Of a DNA stretch of 64,000 nucleotides, positions 47,037 to 55,244 are shown one piece after another. Source of the stretch: an uncultured bacterium (GTDB lineage Bacteria; Armatimonadota; HRBIN16); contig CAZOGB010000002.1 of the NCBI GenBank assembly GCA_964579145.1, positions 592 through 64,591 on the forward strand, written 5' to 3'. The notes under the pieces were generated by a model, which saw nothing but the letters and a program-made list of their open reading frames with translations, was not told where the DNA came from and ran no database searches. Position numbers and translations under genes: made by a program. The stretch's first letter is position 1. Each line of letters starts with the position of its first letter.

Positions 47037-47688
47037 GGTTGTGCGGCGAATAATGGAGGCGAACGAACAGCACGCGGAGGTGGTGCGCCAGCGGCTGCGA
47101 GAGGCAGGCGTGGTGGCACTAAACCTCATCAGCGCACCCGGCTCAGGCAAAACGTCGTTAATCGAGTGCGCTATTCGCGAGCTGAAGGGCAAGGTGAACA
47201 TAGGCGTTATTGAAGGCGACCCCGACACCACCCGCGACGCCGAACGCATCGCCCGGCTGGATGTACCCGTCGTGCAGATTAATACCGAGGGCGGCTGTCA
47301 CCTGGAGGCGACGATGGTTCTGCGCGCGCTGGATGAAATAGACCTGAACGCCCTGCAGTTGCTATTTATCGAGAACGTGGGCAATCTGGTATGTCCGGTA
47401 GTGTTTGACCTGGGCGAAACGCATCGGGTGGCGGTGGTCAGCGCCGCGGAGGGTCACGATAAGCCCGCTAAATACCCTGCCCTGTTCCGCACCGCGCAGG
47501 TGACTGTGTTAAACAAAGTGGACCTGATACCCTATCTGGACTTTGACGAGTCGCAGTTTACCGCCGACGTACGCCGGCTGAACCCCGATATGCCGATACT
47601 GCGCGTGTCCTGTCGCACCGGCGAGGGAGTGGTGGAATGGGTCCGTTGGCTGGAGGGCTTGTTGAATAAAGAGGCTGTCACGCAGTAG
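47026..47688 (+). CDS. hypB: hydrogenase nickel-incorporation GTPase HypB
   Basis: P-loop SAPGSGKTSLIE, ENVGNLVCP and NKVDL G-motifs. Confidence 0.85.
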   Translation: MEIKVVRRIMEANEQHAEVVRQRLREAGVVALNLISAPGSGKTSLIECAIRELKGKVNIGVIEGDPDTTRDAERIARLDVPVVQINTEGGCHLEATMVLRALDEIDLNALQLLFIENVGNLVCPVVFDLGETHRVAVVSAAEGHDKPAKYPALFRTAQVTVLNKVDLIPYLDFDESQFTADVRRLNPDMPILRVSCRTGEGVVEWVRWLEGLLNKEAVTQ

Positions 47689-47708
47689 GTCTTACGAGAC
47701 AGCACCTG

Positions 47709-49979
47709 TTGAGCATGTCACATTCGGTCCAGCGCGTTCGTCTGGTTATTCGAGGGGCGGTACAGGGCGTGGGGTTTCGCCCGTTTGTGTTCCGCCTGGC
47801 GACCGAGCTCGACTTGCGGGGGTGGGTGCTGAACTCGGCGCAGGGCGTCTTCATCGAGGTGGAGGGCGAACCGGCTCTGCTCCAGCAGTTCGTGAAACGT
47901 CTCTATCACGAGTTGCCCCCACGCGCTTTCATCCAGAGCATGGAGCAGTCGGTTCTTGACCCCGCTGGCTACACCGCTTTCGAAATCCGTCACAGCGAAG
48001 AGACTGGCGAAAAGAGCGCACTCATCCTGCCCGACATCGCCACCTGCGCCGATTGCCTGCGCGAAATCTTCGACCCCGCCAACCGCCGCTACCGCTATCC
48101 CTTCACCAACTGCACAAACTGCGGTCCGCGCTACAGCATCATTGAGTCCCTGCCCTACGACCGCCCGAACACCACCATGAAGGCGTTCACCATGTGCGCG
48201 AAGTGCCGGGAGGAGTACGAGAACCCGCTGGACCGGCGATTCCACGCTCAACCGAACGCCTGCCCAGAGTGCGGTCCACGTCTGAATCTCTGGGACGAGC
48301 AAGGCGGTGTGCTGGCACAGTATGACGAGGCTCTGCGCAGGGCGGCGGATGCCATCCGCGAGGGGCGTATTGTGGGAGTAAAGGGGCTTGGGGGCTTCCA
48401 TTTGATAGTAGACGCCCGCAATGAGCAGGCTGTTCGTCGGCTCCGTGAGCGCAAGCGACGGGAGGAGAAGCCATTTGCGCTGATGTATCCCTCTCTGCAG
48501 ATGGTGCGGGCACACTGCTGGGTAGACGAAGCGGAAGAACGCGTGCTCACCTCGCCCGAATCGCCGATTGTCCTCCTGCGCCGCAAGGGGGATGCCGACA
48601 TTGTTCCTTCGGTTGCGCCCGTCAACCCCTATCTGGGCGTGATGCTCCCCTACACTCCCCTGCACCACCTCCTGCTTGCCGAACTGGGCTTTCCGGTTGT
48701 TGCCACCAGCGGGAACCTGTCGGATGAGCCTATCTGCACGGACGAATACGAGGCACTCCAGCGTCTCGCCGGCATCGCCGACCTGTTTCTGGTGCACAAC
48801 CGACCGATTGCCCGTCATGTGGACGACTCGGTGGTGCGCGTGCTAATGGGGCGTGAAATGGTGTTGCGGCGGGCGCGCGGCTATGCGCCTCTGCCTGTTC
48901 TGGTAAAGGAGCCTCTGCCTCCCCTGCTGGCCGTGGGTGCGCACCTGAAAAACACCGTCGCGCTGAGCGTGGGCAGGCAGGTTTTTATCAGCCAGCATAT
49001 CGGCGACCTGGAGACCCCACAGGCGCTGGAGGCGTTCCGGCGCGTGATTGCCGACGTGCGTGCCCTTTGGGAGCACCAGCCGCAGGCGGTAGCGTGTGAC
49101 ATGCACCCCGATTACCTCTCCACGCAGTCTGCGCACCGCATGGGGCTTCCCCTCGTGAGCGTTCAGCATCACTACGCGCACGTGCTGGCGTGCATGGCGG
49201 AGAACGAGGTCGCACCTCCCGTGCTGGGCGTCTCGTGGGATGGCACGGGCTACGGCGCCGACGGCACGGTGTGGGGCGGCGAGTTCCTGCTGGTGACCGA
49301 AACAGGCTTCGAGCGGGTGGCGCACCTGCGACCATTCCGCCTGCCCGGTGGTGACCGCGCCCCCAAAGAGCCTCGCCGCTCCGCGCTGGGAGTGCTGTAT
49401 GAAATGCTGGGCGAGCAGGCGTTTGACCTGCTGGGCAACCTGTTCACCCCTCGCGAGCGGCATCTTCTGGCGCAGATGCTCAGGCAGGGCGTGAACGCTC
49501 CCATCACCACCAGCGCGGGCAGGCTGTTTGACGCGGTGGCATCGCTGGTCATCGGGCGGCAGGTGGTGAACTTCGAAGGGCAGGCGGCGATGGAGCTGGA
49601 GTTCCTCGCCCATTCCGCACAGGGTGACGACTCGTATCCCTTCAGGTTGTCAGAGGGAACTCCGCGCGTGCTGGACTGGTCACCGACGGTGGAGGCAATC
49701 TTGCAGGATGTCCAGCAGGGTGCGGAGCCTTCATGGATTGCCCTGCGCTTTCACAACGCCCTGGTGGAGATGGTGGTGGCGGTGGCGAAGGCGGTCGGTG
49801 TGGAGCGGATTGCGCTCAGCGGGGGCTGTTTCCAGAACGCCTATCTGACCGAGCGGGCGGTGCGTCGCCTCACCGAAGAGGGCTTTCGCATGTACTGGCA
49901 TCAGCGCGTTCCTCCCAACGACGGCGGCATCGCGCTAGGACAGTTGGTGGGGGCAGGACACCTGCTGCCTAAAGGTTGA
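47709..49979 (+). CDS. hypF: [NiFe]-hydrogenase maturation carbamoyltransferase HypF
   Basis: Acylphosphatase domain, two CxxC Zn fingers, a YrdC-like domain and a Kae1-like domain; 756 aa. Confidence 0.9.
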   Translation: MSMSHSVQRVRLVIRGAVQGVGFRPFVFRLATELDLRGWVLNSAQGVFIEVEGEPALLQQFVKRLYHELPPRAFIQSMEQSVLDPAGYTAFEIRHSEETGEKSALILPDIATCADCLREIFDPANRRYRYPFTNCTNCGPRYSIIESLPYDRPNTTMKAFTMCAKCREEYENPLDRRFHAQPNACPECGPRLNLWDEQGGVLAQYDEALRRAADAIREGRIVGVKGLGGFHLIVDARNEQAVRRLRERKRREEKPFALMYPSLQMVRAHCWVDEAEERVLTSPESPIVLLRRKGDADIVPSVAPVNPYLGVMLPYTPLHHLLLAELGFPVVATSGNLSDEPICTDEYEALQRLAGIADLFLVHNRPIARHVDDSVVRVLMGREMVLRRARGYAPLPVLVKEPLPPLLAVGAHLKNTVALSVGRQVFISQHIGDLETPQALEAFRRVIADVRALWEHQPQAVACDMHPDYLSTQSAHRMGLPLVSVQHHYAHVLACMAENEVAPPVLGVSWDGTGYGADGTVWGGEFLLVTETGFERVAHLRPFRLPGGDRAPKEPRRSALGVLYEMLGEQAFDLLGNLFTPRERHLLAQMLRQGVNAPITTSAGRLFDAVASLVIGRQVVNFEGQAAMELEFLAHSAQGDDSYPFRLSEGTPRVLDWSPTVEAILQDVQQGAEPSWIALRFHNALVEMVVAVAKAVGVERIALSGGCFQNAYLTERAVRRLTEEGFRMYWHQRVPPNDGGIALGQLVGAGHLLPKG

Positions 49980-50005
49980 CTTTTCTTCCCCCTTCGTGGT
50001 AAAAT
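49976..50005 (+). promoter_or_regulatory. sigma70 promoter with an extended -10 (TTGACT-18-TGgTAAAAT)
   Basis: The -35 overlaps the hypF stop codon; a hairpin (CCCCA-TGTT-TGGGG) lies in the 5'UTR, then AAGGAGG and the GTG at 50113. Confidence 0.45.
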
Positions 50006-50112
50006 GCACGAGCGTTACAACGCCCGTAAAAAGGCGGGAGTAACTTGACAATCTGCGTCCCGACGGCACCGAAAAAGCCCCATGTTTGGGGTGCCCGAAA
50101 GGAGGTACCGAC

Positions 50113-50925
50113 GTGCACTTGCGTTACGCGCACGGCAGAACGCTTTCTGTCGCTCTGCTGATAGCTGCAACCCTGTGTGCGTTCGTGACCGCAGACGCAG
50201 GTCGCCGGTTCTCAGTGCGCCTGCGCGAAGGTGGCACGGTGCGTACATTGGACACACAAGCCGCAACCGTCGCAGAACTCTTGCGCGAAGCGGAGATACG
50301 CCTGGAGAAGTTGGACCGCGTCCAACCGCCTCCGGCAACACCTCTTGCCGATGGGATGGAAGTGGTGGTCACCCGGGTGCGCCAGCAGGTGGTTACCGAA
50401 GAGCAGACCATTCCGGCGCCCGTCAAGCGTTTCGCCGACCCCGCACTGCGGGCAGGGGTGAAACGGGTGGTGCAGGAAGGGCAGGACGGGAAAAAGCGCA
50501 TCCAGTGGCTGGTCACCATCAAAGACGGGCAGGAGGTGTCCCGAAAGGTGTTAGCGTCCAAAGTTATCTCGCAACCCAAGCCTCGCATTGAGCGGTACGG
50601 GGCGGGCGGCTCGCTGCCCGCGCGAGGTTTCTTTAGCGGACGGCGTGTGCTGACTATGATCGCTACAGGCTACGCACCTTATGTCTGTGGCGGCAGCCGC
50701 TCGGGACGCACCGCGACCGGGATTAAGGCGGGTTACGGAACCGTTGCCGTGGACCCCCGCTATATCCCGCTTGGCACGCGCCTGTACATCGAAGGATATG
50801 GCTATGCGATTGCTGCAGATACCGGTCGAGCGATTAAAGGCAATCGCATTGACCTTGGGCACGACACTTATCAACAAGCGAAGCGGGTCGGTATGCGCAA
50901 GGTCAAAGTGTATATATTGGACTAA
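50113..50925 (+). CDS. secreted DUF348/G5/3D-domain cell-wall-binding protein (YabE/Rpf-like)
   Basis: Signal/TM at the N-terminus; C-terminal 3D-domain motifs (TATGYAPYVCGGSRSGRTATG...AVDPRYIPLGTRLYIEGYG...IDL); GTG start with RBS. Confidence 0.6.
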   Translation: MHLRYAHGRTLSVALLIAATLCAFVTADAGRRFSVRLREGGTVRTLDTQAATVAELLREAEIRLEKLDRVQPPPATPLADGMEVVVTRVRQQVVTEEQTIPAPVKRFADPALRAGVKRVVQEGQDGKKRIQWLVTIKDGQEVSRKVLASKVISQPKPRIERYGAGGSLPARGFFSGRRVLTMIATGYAPYVCGGSRSGRTATGIKAGYGTVAVDPRYIPLGTRLYIEGYGYAIAADTGRAIKGNRIDLGHDTYQQAKRVGMRKVKVYILD

Positions 50926-50983
50926 CACCTGAACGTGGGCGGAGCCTCTGCGCTCCGCCTTTTCCATCCATGGGGGACGGGAC

Positions 50984-51841
50984 GTGAAACTGACCTCGCC
51001 ATCGCAGATACGGTTGCTGTTACTGCAGTTCGGGCTGTATCCCGATAAACGCAAGGGACAGCACTTCCTCGGCGATTATAACGTCCTGCAAAAGATTCTG
51101 CATGCCGCAGACCTCTCCCCCGACGAGGGCGTACTGGAAATCGGAAGCGGTATCGGCACGCTGACCCGTGCGCTGGCGGAACGAGCCAGACAGGTGTTGA
51201 CCTTTGAAATCGACGCCAAGCTCCTGCCCGTCGTCCAGCACAACCTGCAGGGCTACGCGAACGTTCGGCTGGTGCATGGCGACTTTCTGCGCGAAAACCT
51301 GCCCCAGCTGATACAGGAGACCTTTGGCGAATCTCCGTTCAAGGTGGTGGCGAACATTCCCTACGGCATCACCAGCCCCATACTGGACCGCCTGTTCGGC
51401 GTTGCCAGCGGATGGCGTCTCGCCGTGCTGATGATTCAATATGAGGTTGCGCTGCGGCTTGTTGCCCAGCCGGGCACGCCTGAATACAGCTCCATCACCG
51501 TCTTTGCGCAGTACCACTCCCGCGTGGAAATCGTCTCGCGCGTTTCGCATACCGTTTTCTACCCCCCGCCGGAGGTAGACAGCGCTATCGTGCGCTTCAC
51601 TCCCCTGCCCAACCGGCTGCCTCCGGAGGAGGAACGCCATCTGTTCCGCGTGGTGCGTGCAGCCTTCGCCCAGCGGCGCAAGACCCTGCTGAACACGCTG
51701 AGCGGAGGGCTGAACCTGCCGCGTCAACAGGTGGAGCGAACTCTGCGGGAGGTGGACGTAGACCCTCAGCGCCGCGGCGAGACGCTGTCGCTGGAAGAGT
51801 TTATCACTCTGGCTCACGCGCTATATCAACCGAAGGGATAA
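50984..51841 (+). CDS. rsmA: 16S rRNA (adenine1518-N6/adenine1519-N6)-dimethyltransferase
   Basis: KsgA/Dim1 family (KGQHFL; LEIGSGIGTLT; NIPYGITSPIL). Confidence 0.85.
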   Translation: MKLTSPSQIRLLLLQFGLYPDKRKGQHFLGDYNVLQKILHAADLSPDEGVLEIGSGIGTLTRALAERARQVLTFEIDAKLLPVVQHNLQGYANVRLVHGDFLRENLPQLIQETFGESPFKVVANIPYGITSPILDRLFGVASGWRLAVLMIQYEVALRLVAQPGTPEYSSITVFAQYHSRVEIVSRVSHTVFYPPPEVDSAIVRFTPLPNRLPPEEERHLFRVVRAAFAQRRKTLLNTLSGGLNLPRQQVERTLREVDVDPQRRGETLSLEEFITLAHALYQPKG

Positions 51842-51987
51842 ACAGACGCCTCTCCGGTGCGCAGCGCATCTCTGCCATTTTTGTGCGTGCAGATGTCATT
51901 TGACCAAACACAAGCAAGAAATGAAACTTTTTTATCGCGCACGAGTCTAAATAAGCACTTCGGTAACACAAAAAGGAGGGTGCTGAG

Positions 51988-53907
51988 ATGCTCTTTACCA
52001 GAGATGGCTCTGACTTTTTGACACTGCAGGAGAAGACCGAAGAGGCTCTCTACTCCATTGCACACGGAATGAATCTCCACCTGCTCGACACGCCAGTACG
52101 CGAGAGGATGCTGGATGCCCTCGACACCCTGTCCCTCGTGTGGGAACGCCTCCGTCAGATGCCGGCGAACAATAGCCTGTCCAACCACGACCTGCATCTG
52201 CTGAACACCGTCTGCGAGATATGCACGCTGACCCGCCACGCCACCGCCGAGGAGATACAGCGGCTGAGCGAAGTTATCACTCGCCTGGCAAGGGGGCTGA
52301 CAGAACGGTTAACGCCGGAAGTCACAACCGCGGTACAGCAGCATACGGTAACCGACGCGGAGCAGAGCGCACCGCCTCTCGCTGTCGCCGAACACGAGGT
52401 TGCACAACAGGCAACCCCAGCGTCTGTCGAACCGGAGACGGTTGAACCCGTGCAGGCAGAAGCGCCGCCAGAGGAACTCGCGACCGCAGTGGAAGCCCCC
52501 GCTGAGATGCTCTCGGAAGAAGCGGCGACGGTAGAGGCGTCTACGGAACCTGCCCCGCAAGAACAACCGCCCGCTCCTGCCCCACAGGAACAACCTACGC
52601 CTGTTCAGCCAGAGCGGGAGCCGTACGCTGGTCTTGCCGAAAAGCTGGACGAGCTCAGCGCGGTGCTGGATGACGTTGCCAACCATTCAATGCGCAGGGA
52701 GAGGGCGATTGCGCGTCTGATGTACGCCGCCTGTCTGTATCGCTTTCTGCGACCACGCGCAACAGGCTGGCATCGCGAGTGGGAGCTGGAGCAGACCAGG
52801 CGCCAGATTGACCAGCTGTCTGACGAGAAGCGGATAGGCGTATGGTTGCCCCCGTTTGACCCAAAGATAGAGTTCAGTGAGCATGAGCTGCAAACGCTGG
52901 AGATGGGCTACGGGGCGCTGAGCAAGAGCTGGGAGATGTGGGAATGGTACAAACAGCACGGACAGGTGCTGGATAAGGGCGCAGGTGCTCCCCTGCTGGA
53001 AAGCATCGCCGCCCCGATCCCGATGATTTACCAGATATACAATGCCCGCAATATGGCCCAGCGTGCTATGGATGTTGACCGTTCCCAGCATCTGTATGAT
53101 GAGGTTGCTGAAGAAGCGAAGGCGCGCAAATGGAGCCTGAATATGCTTAACCTGACATGCGCCCGCCAGAAGCAGGTTCACTACCTCAACACAGCGGATG
53201 AACACTGGCAAACTGCGCAGGAACAGGCACGCAAAAAGCGCGCACAGGACAAGGCACTGGGTAACCTCGAGCGAATCCTCGCCAACCCTGATCCAGCGCG
53301 ATTTGAGGAGAGCTTGCTGTGTGCGCTGATAGAGTGTCACAGGGCGCAGGTTCCCCATTCCAACCTGCGGCTGCGCCAGATTATGCAGGGCTATGACTGG
53401 CTTCTGGAAAACCCCGCCGTGCCCGACTGTTGCCAGTTGTCGCCATCCGAAAGCAAGTCCGCTCGCAGCTTTCTGGTGAACCTGGGCAAGTATCTGATTA
53501 AGGACATGCAAAAGGGCACGCAGGAGGAATCCACGGAGGAAGAGGAACCCACAGCAGAGCACAACGGCGACCTGTTGAAGCAGGCGCGACGCCTGACGAA
53601 GGGCAAGAAGCTCTTCCTGCTTTGCTTCAACCGGCGGGCGGAAGCGGAACAACGCATCAAGCAAGCCCTCCAGTTCTCTGAGGTGGACTGGCCCGACCTG
53701 GACGGCTCGGAAAGTTTGAACGACATGGAAGCGCACATCCGCAACGCCGATATGACCATCGTGGTGGTACGCTACAGCCGGACCCACTGGAAGGACGCCG
53801 ACAAGCTGGCGAAACAACACGGCAAGCTGTTCGTGATGGCGCCCAAGGGCTATGGGGTGACGCATCTGGCGGAGCAGATTGTGAAGCAGTGCCAGGCAGG
53901 AGGTTAA
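51988..53907 (+). CDS. large hypothetical protein (639 aa) with an acidic A/E/P-rich linker and a C-terminal Rossmann-like (DUF2325-like) domain
   Basis: Strong AAAGGAGGG RBS; no TM or signal; an N-terminal helical region, a roughly 80-aa low-complexity acidic linker, a central helical domain, and a C-terminal KKLFLLCF...DMTIVVVRYSRTHW...GKLFVMAPKG beta-alpha pattern. Confidence 0.45.
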   Translation: MLFTRDGSDFLTLQEKTEEALYSIAHGMNLHLLDTPVRERMLDALDTLSLVWERLRQMPANNSLSNHDLHLLNTVCEICTLTRHATAEEIQRLSEVITRLARGLTERLTPEVTTAVQQHTVTDAEQSAPPLAVAEHEVAQQATPASVEPETVEPVQAEAPPEELATAVEAPAEMLSEEAATVEASTEPAPQEQPPAPAPQEQPTPVQPEREPYAGLAEKLDELSAVLDDVANHSMRRERAIARLMYAACLYRFLRPRATGWHREWELEQTRRQIDQLSDEKRIGVWLPPFDPKIEFSEHELQTLEMGYGALSKSWEMWEWYKQHGQVLDKGAGAPLLESIAAPIPMIYQIYNARNMAQRAMDVDRSQHLYDEVAEEAKARKWSLNMLNLTCARQKQVHYLNTADEHWQTAQEQARKKRAQDKALGNLERILANPDPARFEESLLCALIECHRAQVPHSNLRLRQIMQGYDWLLENPAVPDCCQLSPSESKSARSFLVNLGKYLIKDMQKGTQEESTEEEEPTAEHNGDLLKQARRLTKGKKLFLLCFNRRAEAEQRIKQALQFSEVDWPDLDGSESLNDMEAHIRNADMTIVVVRYSRTHWKDADKLAKQHGKLFVMAPKGYGVTHLAEQIVKQCQAGG

Positions 53908-53966
53908 AGAACCCATCGCGAAACGCTGTGCGGTGGGTTCATCACACGCAACAGAGGAGGAATCCG

Positions 53967-55022
53967 ATGGATGGTTTACACCTGTTGAATCTGGGACTGG
54001 GTAGTCTGCCTCTGCTCTCGTCGGCGGAAACGCGCTCCATCTCTGCCGAGAACCCCACCGGCGAGCGCGGAGGCGGCGCCAAAGCGGAACCCGATGAGCA
54101 TAACGCCGCGTCCATGCTGGGTAAAGGCTGGAAGGTGCGTCCCTGTATCACACTTGACCCAGGTACCGTCACTACCTTAGCCGACATCACCGGACCGGGT
54201 ATTATCCAGCACATCTGGATTACGGTGGACGTGAAGGCATACCGGGATACGATACTGCGCATGTACTGGGATGACGAGACCTCGCCCTCCGTCGAGGTGC
54301 CACTGGGCGATTTCTTCTGCAACGGTCATGGCTTGCGCTATAACGTTGTCTCCATCCCGATTGCGGTCAACCCGTCGGGCGGGTTCAACTGCTACTTCCC
54401 GATGCCGTTCCGCAAGCGGGCAAAAATCACTATCGAGAACCAGCGCTGGGAGCCGATAGGCGGCTTCTTCTACCAAATTACCTACGCCCTCACTGAAGTG
54501 CCCGACAACGTCGCCTATCTGCACGCTCAATGGCGACGCTCAATGACCACGCGCGAACGCCCCGAGCATGTGATTCTGGACGGCGTGAAGGGTCAGGGAC
54601 ACTATGTGGGCACTTTTCTGGCATGGACGCAGCTTTCCGATGGCTGGTGGGGCGAAGGCGAAATCAAGTTCTATATGGACGGTGATACCGAGTATCCCAC
54701 CATCTGCGGCACGGGCACGGAGGACTACTTCTGCGGGGCGTGGTGTTTTGGCGAAACGTTCAACGCGCCGTTTACGGGCTATCCCCTGTGGCAGCGCGAG
54801 CCGGGCGCCGTGCCCAAACACGGGCTGTATCGCTGGCACATCATGGACCCCATCCGCTTCAAGCAGAGCCTGAAGGTGACCATTCAGGCGTTAGGCTGGT
54901 GGCCCAACGGTAAGTTCCAGCCGCTGACCGACGACATCGCCTCGGTCGCGTACTGGTATCAGGCGGAACCGCACGCACCCTTCCCCGTCCTGCCGCCGCC
55001 GCATGAACGCTGGTCGCGTTAG
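53967..55022 (+). CDS. DUF2961 / glycoside hydrolase family 172-like protein
   Basis: Jelly-roll DUF2961 signature stretches (GPGIIQHIWIT...; GEGEIKFYMDGD...GTGTEDYF); start at the ATG at 53967 after GAGGAGGA. Confidence 0.6.
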   Translation: MDGLHLLNLGLGSLPLLSSAETRSISAENPTGERGGGAKAEPDEHNAASMLGKGWKVRPCITLDPGTVTTLADITGPGIIQHIWITVDVKAYRDTILRMYWDDETSPSVEVPLGDFFCNGHGLRYNVVSIPIAVNPSGGFNCYFPMPFRKRAKITIENQRWEPIGGFFYQITYALTEVPDNVAYLHAQWRRSMTTRERPEHVILDGVKGQGHYVGTFLAWTQLSDGWWGEGEIKFYMDGDTEYPTICGTGTEDYFCGAWCFGETFNAPFTGYPLWQREPGAVPKHGLYRWHIMDPIRFKQSLKVTIQALGWWPNGKFQPLTDDIASVAYWYQAEPHAPFPVLPPPHERWSR

Positions 55023-55029
55023 CACACAG

Positions 55030-55051
55030 CCCCTGCGACGGGTCGCAGGGG
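55030..55051. terminator. bidirectional intrinsic-terminator-like hairpin (CCCCTGCGAC-GG-GTCGCAGGGG)
   Basis: Perfect 10-bp inverted repeat 8 nt after the GH172 stop, in a convergent gene gap. Confidence 0.5.
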
Positions 55052-55112
55052 CTTAGGACGTCCCCCTGCTTGCGGGGGGACTACAGGGGGGCGGACCACA
55101 TCCGTCATGGAG

Positions 55113-55240
55113 CAAACCCCTCTCCCGACCTCTCCCCGACGCGGGGAGAGGTGATGCGCCCCTTCCTTCGCAGGGAAGGGGCTGGGGGTTAGGTTGGCTC
55201 AAACCCCTCTCCCGACTTCTCCCCAACGCAGGGGAGAGGT
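55113..55240. repeat. two copies of a roughly 40-nt hairpin-forming direct repeat (CAAACCCCTCTCCCGACyTCTCCCCrACGCrGGGGAGAGGT), 87 nt apart, with another hairpin between them
   Basis: R1 at 55113-55152 and R2 at 55200-55240 differ at 3 positions; each folds as a 9-bp stem (CCTCTCCCC / GGGGAGAGG); an intervening hairpin CCCCTTCC-TTCGCAG-GGAAGGGG lies at 55159-55181. Confidence 0.6.
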
Positions 55241-55244
55241 AGCG

